From Octopus vulgaris (taxonomy: Eukaryota), in NCBI GenBank assembly GCA_951406725.2, contig OX597828.1, positions 21,266,001 through 21,330,000 of the forward strand: a stretch of 64,000 bases of DNA, written 5' to 3'. Positions 1-13,032 of the stretch are shown here, piece after piece. The number at the start of each line of letters is the position of its first letter. The stretch's first letter is position 1. The position numbers were made by a program, and so were the translations under genes. Under the pieces are notes generated by a model, which ran no database searches, was not told the origin of the DNA, and saw nothing but the letters and a program-made list of their open reading frames with translations.

Positions 1-1078
1 TAACAAAAATAGAAGTTCTCACCAACCTTGAACAACACAACAGTGTATTCTTCATGGGTGACTTTAACTTCCCCAATTTGGAATGGCCTGGGGGGGGGCA
101 TATGCTCCCAGGGATGACACACCATCAGCAGGCACAAGCAGAGTCCCTGCTCCATCTAACAAATGCCTCTTTCATGGAGCGAATAGTTCTGCAACCAACA
201 AGGGCAGATAATATACTGGATCTCTGATTCACAAACAATATGGATATTATCCATAATGTTAAAGTGATGCCGACAATGATCTCGGATCACAACATAATAG
301 AGCTGTCTATGTATGGACCAAAAGCCCCCGTAGACACACAGCCTATACGATGCATCTACCATCTCTCCAACTTAAACTTTCATAAAGCAAACTGGAAGTT
401 GATTGAGAAAGAGATCCTCAAACAGGATTGGCCTAAATGTCTCTCCACACCAGACATTAACATGAAACACAAACACTTCATGCCCATAATACAAGCCATA
501 TGTGACAAATATGTCCCAGTGTCCAGGGCCAGCACACACAAAAACAAAAACAGGATCCCTAGAGAAAGGAAGATTCTTATGAGACGACGGACAAGGATTG
601 CGAACCTCTTCTCCCTAGAGAGAAGGCGGGAGAGATATGCGGTGATATACATCTGGAAAATCCTGGAGGGTCTTGTCCCAAACTTTGGCATTCAAAGTTA
701 CCCCAACCGCAGAACTGGGCGCCACTGCATGGTGCCAAAGATTCCAACATCACCATCAAAATACAGGACCAGATACTGCAACAGCTTCGGTTTCAGAGGA
801 CCACAGCTCTTTAACATCCTCCCTAAATGCCTGAGAGACTTGCATGGTGTGGATGTGGCTTTCTTTAAAACTAAACTGGATCTCTTCTTGTCGGGGGTCC
901 CAGATGAACCTACCTCACGACAGGAGACACAGATGCGGGCAGCGGCATCGAACTCCCTTGTTGACCAAGTGCCACGTATCAGAGGTGGATTCACATATTA
1001 GTGTTGCTCATTCAGTGGTGGTACCCCAGCATGGCCGCGGCCTTCGGACTAAAACATTTTTAAGGATTTAAGGATTTA
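1..1078 (+). mobile_element. CR1/L2-like non-LTR retrotransposon relic: APE endonuclease C-terminal part joined to the post-RT C-terminus, RT domain deleted
   Basis: FMGDFNFP (~50-75), PTRADNILDL and ISDHN endonuclease motifs; ORF 240-1001 continues directly into LFSLERRRERY...FNILP (LINE C-terminus); 3' tail ends in TAAGGATT repeats at ~1061-1078. Confidence 0.85.
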
Positions 1079-1109
1079 TATATATATATATATATAAATA
1101 CACACACAT

Positions 1110-1204
<95 letters not shown>
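1077..1204. repeat. (TA)n/(CA)n microsatellite
   Basis: direct reading. Confidence 0.95.
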
Positions 1205-1206
<2 letters not shown>

Positions 1207-1792
1207 CATTGAAACAAATCTGATAGAAAGTTGGACAAAAGGCCGTAGACTGTTTCGAAGTGTAGACATTAAACAAAATATCCTCTTTAGAACTTCCAAT
1301 GCCAAACCGAATAAAACCACAGCCGTTTGGAAAACTTCTTAGTAACAGTTATATAGAAGAGTTGACTAGCATCCGAATGACAGAGTATCTATTTCTAAGA
1401 ACGGTAGAATATTTCACCAAAAAAGAAAGAACAAAAAAAAAACCAAAGAAAAAACAAAACGGTGCCCCAGCATGACCGCAACTTTAACGTTGGATCAACG
1501 AGATGAAAGAGATTATTTTCCACTAGTCATCTCCGCCAAAGAACTTTATATAGTGCAAGCTGCAAGTTCATACGTTGGTTGCTGTGTGGCCGAGCAATAA
1601 GCTTATCCTAAGGTTACGCGTTCAATCCTCACTGAAAGTGAAACTTAAATAGTGCATAGAAGTCACTAGCAGGGTGGGCCCGATTCCCTCTGAGTGTCAG
1701 GAATTAACGGGTAGAAACACTTGTTTGACGGAAGCTCTTCCTCTGAAAAATTCACCTGCTGTCCGCTTGCCGTGTAGCGAGTTTCCGCCCCT

Positions 1793-2187
1793 TACATACA
1801 TGCATAAATACATACATACATACATACATACATACATGCATACATGCATACATACATACATACATAGATACATACATACATAAATACATACATACATACA
1901 TACATAAATACATACATACATACATACATACGTGCATACATACATGCATACATGCATACATACATAAATACATACATGCATACATACATACATGCATACA
2001 TACATACATACATACATACATACATACATAAACACATACATACATACACGCACGCACTGCGCGCGTGTGTATAGGCAGTCAGTGTACTGTTCTCTCTAAT
2101 TCTCTATCTTTCTCTCTATGTATTAATATATACACTCACTAATATAATATTCGAAGTCAACCGCCCTCTGTTTATCTGTCTGTTGTT

Positions 2188-2254
<67 letters not shown>

Positions 2255-2276
2255 GCATACATACACATATACATAC

Positions 2277-2332
<56 letters not shown>

Positions 2333-2413
2333 TCACACACACTCGCACGCCCGCACATAAAACACACATACATATATGAATATACATACATACATATATA
2401 AGTATATATATAT

Positions 2414-2446
<33 letters not shown>
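1793..2446. repeat. compound microsatellites (TACA)n, (TATC)n, (TA)n, (CA)n
   Basis: direct reading. Confidence 0.95.
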
Positions 2447-3095
2447 TAGTTTTAAACCTCCACCCACTTCACAGCTAATCCACTATGTTGCTTTATTCGC
2501 AGATTAGATGTGATCTTTTTAGCCGGATGGAAGATTTCATTTGTGTAAGGTAACATGTGATAAATAAGAAGGATTTATAAATAGCACACTCTATTGACAT
2601 CCCTACCATAATACGCTTTTTACAATAAAATGGCTGTCGTTTAGCTTTTTGCTCTTCTCTTTTAGTTTTTTTTCTACTTTCATTTTATTATCTCCCCTGA
2701 AATATTCTAATGTCATTTGACATCCCACAAATAATATCGTCAAACACCATTATAGACTGCACAAGTCTTTTCTTCTTAGCTTCGATTCACTTCTCTTTCA
2801 TCCTTCTTTTATTATACTTCTTTCTATTTTCTTATATATTTTTTCATTCGCTATTTCTTTTGTTTTCCTCTTTCTTTTCTGTCTATATTTATTTCTTTAG
2901 TTATGTTTCCTTAAATTTTTTCATTTTTTTTTATTCTTTTAACTCTGTTTTTCTTTCTTTCGTTTTAGCTCTCCTTCCTTCCTTGCTCTATTTTTTCTTC
3001 TTTTTCTCCCATCTTTCTTACTTCCTTCATGCTATCCTTTCCTTTCTTTTTTCTATCTTTATTTAAATATTTCTGGCTTTTTGCGCAGGAATTAG

Positions 3096-3184
<89 letters not shown>

Positions 3185-3601
3185 GTCTATCTATCTATCA
3201 TTAATGTTCTCTTCCTATCATAGTTTCATCTTGTCCTGAAGTGTGTGTTTGTGTATATATATATATATATATATATTTGTTAACATACATACATATATAT
3301 ACATTTGATGCTTGATCGCATGCGCGCCCACACACACAAACACACACACACATACATCACTGCAAGCAAAATCTATAAGCAAATAATCAGGTTTTACGTT
3401 GAGTACCTTTTGGACAGAGATCAAATGGGTTATATATACATGTGTGTGTGTGTACGTGTGCGTGTGTGTGTGTGTGTGTGGGTGGGTGGGTTGTTTGGTT
3501 GGGTGTGTACGTACGTATATATGTGTGTGTATATATAGATACATACATTTATATTTTTTATGTATTATATATATGCATATATATATATATGTATATACAT
3601 A

Positions 3602-3644
<43 letters not shown>

Positions 3645-4098
3645 TATATATATATATGTATTTATATATACACATATTTCTATATGTATATATATATAGC
3701 AGTATATGTATGTTTACATCATACAGATGCACTCATGCAAGTTTAGCTAAACGAACGCCCGAAAAGTTTGTTAAACAATTTAATGTTGTGCTGTTTGCAT
3801 TCTCTCTCAACGTGTTTGGAAAGTAAAGGAAGTGACAACAATACGTCTCGTCTGCTAATGGAAGAGGAAAGATTAATTGAAACAGCGGTCCTGTATGGAG
3901 CTATTTTAGAACGAAGGTGTTTATGTAAGGATGTTGTCAGCTTGTTACTGAGAGAGTGGATGATGTTAGTGATGTTGTACTTGTAGTTGTTGCGTGGTCT
4001 CAGATGAGCGATGATCGAACGCACATCAGATCAAAAGTTACTCCAGCCATGTTGTTGCCATATTCGTTTTAAGATCATGTAGGATAATATCCTGTACG

Positions 4099-5135
4099 GA
4101 AGGCGGCGAGCTGGTAGTGTCATTAGCACGTCGGACAAAATGGTTAGCCGATTTTCTTCCGGATCTTTGCGTTCTGATTTCAAATTCTTCCGTGGACGAC
4201 TTTATCTTTTATTTTTTCGGGGTCGATAAAATAAGTACCCGTTGAGCACCGGGGTCGATATATATTTCTTTACTACCCACAAGGGGCTAAACACAGAGGG
4301 GACAAACAAGGACAGACAAAGGGATTTAGTCGATTACATCAACCCCAGTGCGTAACTGGTACTTACTTTATCGACCCCGAAAGGATGAAAGGCAAAGTCG
4401 ACCTCGGCGGAATTTGGACTTAGAACGCAACGACAGACGAAATACGGCCACGCATTTCGCCCGGCGTGCTAACGTTTCTGCCAGCTCGTCGATATAGGTC
4501 GACCAGCCCATTCAGGCCATTGTGCATATAGCAGAAAGAATCATTATTACTATTCGTTAGAACACCGGGCAATTACTTCGTGGCATTTCTTCCGTCTGCA
4601 CGTTTTGAGTTCAAATTCCACCCAGGTTGATTTTTCTTTTCATCCTTTCTGGGTCGATAAACTAAGTACCAGTGAAACACGGGTCGATGTAATCGACAAG
4701 TCTCCTGCCCCCAAATCTCGGGCCTTGTATCTTTAGTAGAAAGAATTATTATTATTATCATTGTGATAAGCTAGCAGAAGCGTTAGCACGCCGGGCAAAA
4801 TGCTTAGCGGCATTTCGTCAGTTTTCATGTTCTGAGTTCAAATTCCGCTGTGGTCGACATTACCTTTTATTCTTTCGTGGTCGATGGAATAATTATCAGT
4901 GGAGCACTGGGGGTCAATGTAATCGACTAATCCCCTCCCCCAGGATTTCATGCCTTGTACCTGTCGTAGAAAAGGCGGCGTGCTTGCATAATCATTAGCA
5001 GGCCGGAGAAAATTCTTGACGGCATTTAATCCGGCTCTTTACACTCTGGGTTAAAATTCCGCCGAGCTCATCTTTACCTTTTATCCTCTTGGGGGTTTGA
5101 TAAAATATAAAGTACTACATCGACTTGCCCCCTGG
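4099..5135. mobile_element. cluster of about 5 copies of tRNA-derived SINE family A (Deu/Nin-like core); full minus-strand copy at ~4263-4488
   Basis: repeated GGCGAGCTGGCAGAA...GTTCTGAGTTCAAATTCC (B-box-like) and GCCTTTCATCCTTTCGGGGTCGATAAA..AGTACCAG core. Confidence 0.85.
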
Positions 5136-5264
5136 TCTCAAAAAATGGCTGATCTCAAACCCTGTAACGGACCAGTGTCTCGTTCAGAGGAAATATTGTG
5201 ATTTCTGTAACTGAAAAGCCACGATAACTGGGTAACCTGTCTTATAGCCCAAGACTCGAGAAAA

Positions 5265-5360
5265 AGGATATTCTGTATGGAACCGAAACCTGGCTCCTGA
5301 AGAAACAGTTTGATGATCATCTTAGTGGTTAATACACTATACTTCTCAGAACATCTCATG
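5265..5360 (+). mobile_element. degenerate RTE-clade LINE fragment
   Basis: translates ILYGTETWLLKKQFDDHLSG*YTILLR, matching the RTE post-RT LYGxETW motif. Confidence 0.55.
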
Positions 5361-5534
5361 ACGTGAGCTTTGTATCACAAGTGATATGTAGAGGCACTTT
5401 GAAAGCTATATATTTTCGAGCGGGAATTCAGTAACGCCACCTAGCCAAGCAGCTACTCTGTGTTGATAAACAACAGTAATAATCGTCCCTACCAGGACAG
5501 TCACATCATGTTGGCAAATCCCCTTTACTATATA

Positions 5535-5565
<31 letters not shown>

Positions 5566-5734
5566 TTTCTCTCCTTGTTTCTCTTCTTGTTTTTTTTCTG
5601 TGTCTCTTTCTGTAGAAAAGCGTAGGCTCGAAACGTAAAAGACTTTTATAGTAATATACTGAGCGTTATACTAATACATCTGTTTGTTTTGTACACCACC
5701 TGTCTTTGTCTTTTGTTTTTTCGTAAACTCTCCC
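5566..5734 (+). mobile_element. family E short non-coding repeat (Penelope pLTR-like) with minimal hammerhead motif
   Basis: near-identical copies at 6228-6408(-), 43500-43685(-), 52483-52688(+) and 63193-63373(+); flanked by (TA)n. Confidence 0.75.
5605..5642 (+). ncRNA. minimal type I hammerhead-like motif, variant core (family E)
   Basis: TCTTT-CTGTAGAA-aAGC GTAG GCTC-GAAA-CG-TA-AAAGA. Confidence 0.55.
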
Positions 5735-5750
5735 TATATATATATATACA

Positions 5751-5811
5751 TTCTACTGAAGAAGAATGTATCCTTTATAGGGATTAATTCCGAAATTGAT
5801 TCAATATAGAG
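5751..5811 (+). ncRNA. type I hammerhead ribozyme motif (slightly degenerate)
   Basis: TTCTA-CTGAAGA-[29-nt stem II hairpin]-GAAA-TTG ATT CAA-TA-TAGAG; stems I, II and III all pair. Confidence 0.7.
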
Positions 5812-5940
5812 ATAACGAAATTTAAATTTTCTAAAGGTTAGTTGCTCGATTTCAGTTCAATTTTCCTGTAACAAGTAGATTATAAGTGGATAAATCAGTG
5901 TATTGGCTTTAGGATAACCTTCTTTAGCCCTTAATTATAA

Positions 5941-6008
<68 letters not shown>

Positions 6009-6167
6009 TACTTTATGAATAAAACTGCAAAAATATCACAAAAGGTGTTACTCAGCCTCACGTTCTCACTCGTCGGGCAATTTTGGTTGAGAATTAATAC
6101 AGCATATTACTCTACCTCCGGTATTCGAGTACTATTTTTTCCCACCTAGTTTCACATTTATGTGCTT

Positions 6168-6221
<54 letters not shown>

Positions 6222-6227
6222 ATATAT

Positions 6228-6408
6228 AGGGAGAATTCACGAAAAAATCAAAACACGAAGTAACGTGGTGTAGAAAACAAACAGATGTATTAGTATAACG
6301 CTAGGGAATTGAAAAAGTCTTTTACGTTTCGAGCCTATGCTCTTCCACAGAAAGGAACACAGAAAGAAACAAGGAGAGAAAAAAGTGTGTGTAGTGGCTA
6401 CCGATCTA
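6228..6408 (-). mobile_element. family E copy; hammerhead-like motif at 6318-6355
   Basis: reverse complement reads CCTTT-CTGTGGAA-GAGC ATAG GCTC-GAAA-CG-TA-AAAGA. Confidence 0.75.
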
Positions 6409-6439
<31 letters not shown>

Positions 6440-6459
6440 CGTACATATTTTTTACGTTC

Positions 6460-6625
6460 AGTCATTGGATTGTGGCCATACTCGGACACAGCTTTGAAGG
6501 GTTTAGTCTCTGACAAACTGACCCCAGAACTTATATCTTTAGACCCTGGTACTTATTCTCTTTTGCCAGACCGCTAAATCACGGGGACGTAAACAAACCA
6601 AACCTGATGTCAAGCGAAGGTGGGT
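6460..6625 (-). mobile_element. SINE family D, 3' half
   Basis: similar to 40045-40248. Confidence 0.65.
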
Positions 6626-6683
6626 GAGAAACAGAAACACAGACAGACAGACACAATACATGCACATACATACATATATACAT

Positions 6684-6746
<63 letters not shown>

Positions 6747-7069
6747 TGCACACACGCATACATGTATAAAATATTTGTGATGTATGTTGAATATGTTATG
6801 ACGATAATGATGTTGATGATGATGTCGATGAAGACGATAATCACAATATCTTTGTTGCTGTAATTGTTTAAACCCAGGCGAAACTTTATCGAGCAGGTCT
6901 ATGATCAAAGGCTTGCCATCTCTGACCATCCCGTCTTTTGCTTACAGCAAATAAAACCAGGATCCAATGAATGCGCGCATCCTTTTTTTCAAGATAGCAG
7001 TATGTGTTTTGAAGGGGATTTGGTAGCTATTGTTAGCAGGTCAAGCGACCAGTTAGTGGTTCCCTTGCT

Positions 7070-7686
7070 GGTATGATGATGTTGACAGTGATGTTGATAA
7101 TGGTGCTGATGATGCTGATTATGGCGATGATGATGATGACAATGATTGGCTGGTGCTGGATATGGTGGCGTTGGTTGCGTCGGTGTTTTGTAGGTTTTGA
7201 TGTTGATGTTGATGATGGTTGTGGTGGTAGTGGTGGTGGAGGTGATGGTGTTGGTGATGGTGGTGGTGGTGGTTGTGGTTATGTGAAAATCAATGAAGGA
7301 GAAAAGAAGAAACTGGAACTAGAGATAGGAAGAGGAAAGATGAAAAGAAGGAAAGAATAACGCAGAAAATTAGAGAAAAAACTGAAGTAGAAACGAAGAG
7401 AATGGGTAGTAGTAGTAGTTGTAGTAGTAGTAGTAGTAGTAGTTTTAGTAGCAGTAGTAGTAATAGCAGTAGTAGTATTAGTAGCAGTAGTAGTAGTAAT
7501 CGTAGCAGTAGTAGAAGTAGTAGTAGAAGTAGTAGTAGATGTAGTAGTAGCAGCAATAGTAGTAGAAGTAGTAGTAATAGTAGAAGTGGTAGTTGTAGTA
7601 GTAATCGTAGCAGTAGTAGAAGTAGTAGTAGTAATAGTAGTTGCAATCGTAGCAGCAGCAGCTGCTGCTGCAGTAGTAGAAGTAGC

Positions 7687-7727
<41 letters not shown>

Positions 7728-7783
7728 GGTAATCGTAGCAGCAAGTTGTAGTAGCAGCAGCAGCAGCAGTAGTAGTAGTAGCT

Positions 7784-7815
<32 letters not shown>
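7070..7815. repeat. degenerate trinucleotide tracts (GAT/GGT)n and (AGT)n
   Basis: direct reading. Confidence 0.9.
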
Positions 7816-7816
<1 letters not shown>

Positions 7817-7817
<1 letters not shown>

Positions 7818-8025
7818 GGAGGCGCGTGGCTCAGTGGTTAGGGTGTTGGATTCGTGATCGTAAGATTGCAGTCTCGACTTCATGGATCTGGGCGATGCAT
7901 TGTGTTCTTCATTTCATGTCACTCCAGTCCACCCAGCTTTCAAAAATAAGCAGCCCTGGGACAGACTGGTGACCTGTCTGTCCAGTGTGGGGAATATGTT
8001 CACCACAGAATCCGGGAAACCAGTC
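7817..8025 (+). mobile_element. tRNA-derived SINE family C
   Basis: GGCGCGTGGCTCAGTGGTTAGGGTG head; similar to 46037-46217(-). Confidence 0.7.
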
Positions 8026-8029
8026 TTAT

Positions 8030-8439
8030 GAGATGATATGAAGGAATAAGACAGAACGAAAGAGGAGATGAAAGAATGAGAAATATAGAAGAGAAGAGGA
8101 GAGAAGAGTAAGAAGTAGCTTATGAAAAATATGAAGACGTTGATGAAAGAAGGAAGATGAACAAGAAAAAGAAAATTGATAAGAACGAAGAAATGGAAGT
8201 AACAGATGAAGTTTGAGGAAGAAAAAGGAGAAGAAAAAGATAAGAGGAGGAGGAGGAGGCGGAGGAGGAAGAGGAAGGAGAAGAAGAGAAGAAGAGGAGG
8301 AGGAAAGGATGAAGAAGAAGGAGAAGAAGAAGAATAGGAAGAGGAGGAAGAAGAAGAAGAATAGGAGGAAGAAATGGAGGAGAAAAAAAAGAAGAGGAAA
8401 AGGAAGAAGAATACGTGAGGAAGAAGAAGAAGGAGAATG

Positions 8440-8500
<61 letters not shown>

Positions 8501-9090
8501 GAAGAAGAAGAAGAAGAAGAAGAAGCAGAAGACTGATAACAACGAAACATAAGGCACATCAGACATAGAAAATGGGGAATGGTTTGAGGAAGAAGAAAAT
8601 TGGAAGAAGAATAAGAAGAAAAAAGAATAAGAAGCTGAAGACGAAGCAGAAAAATAGAAGAATAAGAAAAGTAAAAAGAAGGAACTATGAAGAAATTGAA
8701 GGAGAACAAGACGAGGAAGAACAAGGATAAAAGAAGAGGAATAATGAGAATATAGGAAGAAGAATTTAAGAAAAAGACGAATAAAGCATAAAGAAGAAGC
8801 GATATATGAAAAAAGAACAGCGATAGCAATAGCTATCGTAGCTGCGCAGCAACAACAACAGCAACAATAATAGTAATAATAATGATCATAATAAGATGAA
8901 GTAGAAGATAATAGAAAACGAAGAAGCAACTCTTGGTGAAGAAACGTAATATTAATAATAACAATATGAAGCGTAAAGCTGAAGTTAACTGAAAGAAGCA
9001 GACGATAAAGAAGTAAAAAGAAATAACAGAAAATACGTACGAAAAGGCAGGCGATGAAGAAGCTGGAAGAAAAAGAGGGGGAAAATGATT
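8030..9090. repeat. purine-rich (GAA/GGA)n low-complexity region with a (TAA)n tract
   Basis: direct reading. Confidence 0.9.
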
Positions 9091-9212
9091 ACGAAAGAAA
9101 AAAAATGGCGTCTCCTATCAAGCAATGAGTTTTCATAGAGTGGAAGAAATGTGAGGAAGTTCGACTAATTTCTTCATCAACTCCAAAAATCCTGGCTCTA
9201 TAAAGATATAAC

Positions 9213-9260
9213 GACCTGTAAAGACCTGTAAAGACCTGTAAAGACTTGTAAAGACTTGTA
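9213..9260. repeat. 10-bp tandem repeat GAC(C/T)TGTAAA, about 5 copies
   Basis: direct reading. Confidence 0.9.
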
Positions 9261-9724
9261 CGTTTTCTAGGTTTTGCTACTAATTTCCGTTCTGAAATGG
9301 ACTTTGGAGAAGGTGGAGTACGCTGAGACGAACCCAAAGCAAAAACCTACGTCGTGTAACACATCAGGTGTCCTGTGCCTGAAGTAATTCAAATCTATTC
9401 CCTCCCACCTCCACCACTATTGCAATCTATTCTTCTTGTTTTTCTTCGTTTTTATTCTTTGTTTCTTCTCCGTCTCTTTCTTCTTTCTTCTAACTTATAG
9501 CAGAACAGCGTTAGCAAATTAGATGTAAAACAAATACGCATACATACATACATTCATACATACATACAGTCATATATACATACATACATACATACATACA
9601 TACATACATACATACATACATTCATACATACATACAGTCATACATACATACATACATACATACATACACAAAAACACGCCCACAAACTTGCATATATTCA
9701 TGTAGAGGTGTATATTTGTGAATG

Positions 9725-9817
<93 letters not shown>

Positions 9818-9879
9818 ATTTCAGAGATGGATATATATATATATGTAATTATATAACTATCACAGATACATATCTATCA

Positions 9880-9953
<74 letters not shown>

Positions 9954-10002
9954 TCATAAATATATATATATATATAAATACATTATATATATGCATTACG
10001 TG

Positions 10003-10118
<116 letters not shown>

Positions 10119-10515
10119 GTAGACAAACATACACGTACACAGTATCTAAAGAGAAATATATCCATTGAACGCCGTCTTCTAATATGGCAGCCATTACAAT
10201 TTGAATTCTTGTTTGTTTCTCGCTTGCTCTTTTTGGTTTTCGCCTCTCTCTGTTCTTGTTTGTGTTGCTATTACAACTATCACCGTATTGTTTGCTGATT
10301 GTGTATTTGGTGCTGCTGTTGTTGTCGTTGTTATTGTCTAGATTGCTTCTGGTGGTGATTAGCTGGTGTTCACGACTTTGTTGTTGCTGTGTAACCCCTG
10401 GCGAGCCTTGGAGGATCAGATCTAAAATCGAGGTGTTCCACCCTTTTCGAATCTGTATCCAGATAGAGTGCATCTCGTGTAACATCCATAGAGCATTTAG
10501 TACAAAACACGCACC

Positions 10516-10576
10516 CGCACGCTAACACGTATGCGCACGCTAACACGTATGCGCACGCTAACACGTATGCGCACGC
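10516..10576. repeat. 18-bp tandem repeat CGCACGCTAACACGTATG, about 3.4 copies
   Basis: direct reading. Confidence 0.9.
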
Positions 10577-10787
10577 ACATTTACACTATATAGTTTTAAA
10601 AGAGTTCGTGCTTACTTACCTTTTGCGTCATGCTAAGTAGCTGAAAGGAGAGTAAGAAAGAGAAAGCCAGAGGGGAAAAAAAGGAGGAACAGAAAAAGCG
10701 TCGATAAATGGTAAACGGTGGTGGTTATGGTGGTGGTGATGTGTACAAGTTGATATGACTGGTGTTGTTTTTGTTCTTGTTATTAGG

Positions 10788-10960
10788 TGTCATGCTGGAG
10801 CACCATGATTTGAAGGGTTTTGTTTGAACAAATAGACCGCATTGACAGACTTATTTTCAAAGTCTGGCACTTTATCAGTCTATCAGTCTCTTTTGCAGAA
10901 CCGCTAAGTGACCGGCACGTAAACAAACCAACACAGGTTGTTAAGCAGTGGGAGGGGAAA
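10788..10960 (-). mobile_element. SINE family D, 3' half
   Basis: similar to 40045-40248. Confidence 0.65.
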
Positions 10961-11183
10961 ACACACACGCACACAAAAACACACCACATATACATATGTA
11001 TTTTTACACACACGCAGTCATACATACAGCGTGTATATATATACAAGATTAATCAGCCGAAATTACTACGATGATCCGGTTCTTGACTGAAGACTGAGGG
11101 CTTCGAATGTCCTGTCTGTGTTTGTTGTATCGTCTTCTAAGTTTTTATGCGTTCTTGTCTCAGTTTGTATTTTTCTACATATC

Positions 11184-11213
<30 letters not shown>

Positions 11214-11217
<4 letters not shown>

Positions 11218-11415
11218 AATATAATATGTGACAATTATTCGGTAGCCATGGTAAAACTCCGAGTTTCGGAATTTCCCTTTGTTTAACGGTCATTATCATA
11301 GCATTTTTTCGATGGCCGGATAACTGAAGAGATGGGGGCGTGGGTTTCCGCCCCGACATCCGGAACTCGGAGTTTTATCATGGCTACCGAATAATTGTTA
11401 CATATTGTATTTACA
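11214..11415. repeat. 57-bp inverted repeat (11214-11270 / 11359-11415) of a Penelope pLTR-like element
   Basis: the arms are reverse complements with about 4 mismatches. Confidence 0.85.
11319..11379 (+). ncRNA. type I hammerhead ribozyme motif
   Basis: GATAA-CTGAAGA-GATG GGGGCG..CGCCCC gaCATC c-GGAA (GAAA in the inverted arm)-CTCGGAG-TT-TTATC. Confidence 0.7.
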
Positions 11416-11834
11416 GTTAAAAATCTCTATTCACAAAATATTGAGGTCTCTTTCATTATTTTGTTGTCTTACCATTTCTATCAATATATATATATAATTA
11501 TTTATAATTGTATAGAATACAATTATAATTAAGGTCACAGAAGCTACCATGCCTACATGCTAGAAAGAGACGTCAAATGCGTCCAACCACTATAAATCTC
11601 ACTTCCATATACACGGGTTGAAAGTGCGAAAAGTGGACCGACCAAAAACTCGTAATATAATTCAGATAGTTCTAGATTGATCAATTTATGGATAAGTTTA
11701 ATAACTCTTCCTTCATCAGTATTATTGTATTCTGTACAATTATAAATCTCTATAATGGTAAACAGACTCCTTTCTCTCTTTCGCCCAATCCTTCCATCCT
11801 GCCCTCAAATTCTCTTGCACTATTTCCAACACTT

Positions 11835-12720
11835 CCGTCACATTTCGCGACATTTCTATCAACATACACCACTCCGCTCTCACTACCTCCATCCACTACA
11901 AACACACCGACTTACACTTTTACCTTAACTTCTCCTCCTCCAACCCTACCCATCCCCCACTCCCAATTCTTCCGTCTGCGCAGGTTCTGCAGTGACAACC
12001 ATGACTTTGAGACTCAGTCTCAACTCATGGCTCACCACTTCATCCACACAGCCCTTGCCAGGGCATGTTCCGTAGACCGTGACTCTGCTCTCTCTCCGCA
12101 CCTGTCCCGCCGTTGCCCGCCGCCCGTTTCCCCTCACCTACCACCCTTCACTCTGCCCCTCCAACACACCATTCTCCAAGCCTTCCGGCGACACTAGTCC
12201 GACCCCTCCACCTCGCAATCTTTCCCAACCCATCCCTTCCCTCATTCAAACGAGCCCACAACCTACGTGACCTCCTGGTCCGCAGTTTCTTCCCTAACCC
12301 CACCTCTCAACTTGGCTCATTCCCTGCTCCTGCCCACGCTGCCCACTTGCTCCTACCTCTCCAACACACCATCCTCACAGGCACCCATCATCATCCCTGT
12401 CATACCACTGACTCCTTTACCTGCACTTGTAGCAACGTCATTTACGGTATCTCCTGCTCTTTCTGCTCTTCTCTGTACATCGGTCAAACGGATGCCACTT
12501 GGCCGACCGGTTCGCGGAGCACCTCTGAGGCATCAGACTCGGCAATGATACACCGGTCTCGTGCCATTTCTACTCTACCAGTCATTCACTACAACACCTG
12601 TCTGTGTTCGGATTGTCTTTGCACAGGGACCATCCGGACTCCCGCCTTCGCCGTAAACAAGAATTTATCTTCTCTCTTCGCTCCTTTACCCCACATGGGC
12701 TCAACTCCCCTCCACTCTTC
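11835..12720 (+). mobile_element. Penelope-like element, frameshifted RT C-terminus plus GIY-YIG endonuclease
   Basis: HYKHTD..YL, IPHSQFFRLRRFCS, FKRAHNLRDLLVRS, FTCTCSNVIYGISCSFCSSLYIGQT and IFSLRSFTPHGLN motifs spread over several frames. Confidence 0.9.
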
Positions 12721-12986
12721 ACTCCTACCTACCTCTCCTCTCCTCGTCTCTTTTCATCTGACACCTACTTCATCTCTTCACTCCTACCTACCTCTCTTCA
12801 CTGATACCGCTCCAGTCAGGGAATAGTTCACAGTTTCGAATGACGGAAAGTTTACCGTCATAATACAAATAAATGTTCAAGTGAAATTAACTGCCCTTGT
12901 GTGTTTCTGAACGACTAACTATCTCTACCACGCTGCTATCTGCTTCTTTCTCTCTCTCACTTTCTTTCTCGCTACACGCTCAAACA

Positions 12987-13032
<46 letters not shown>

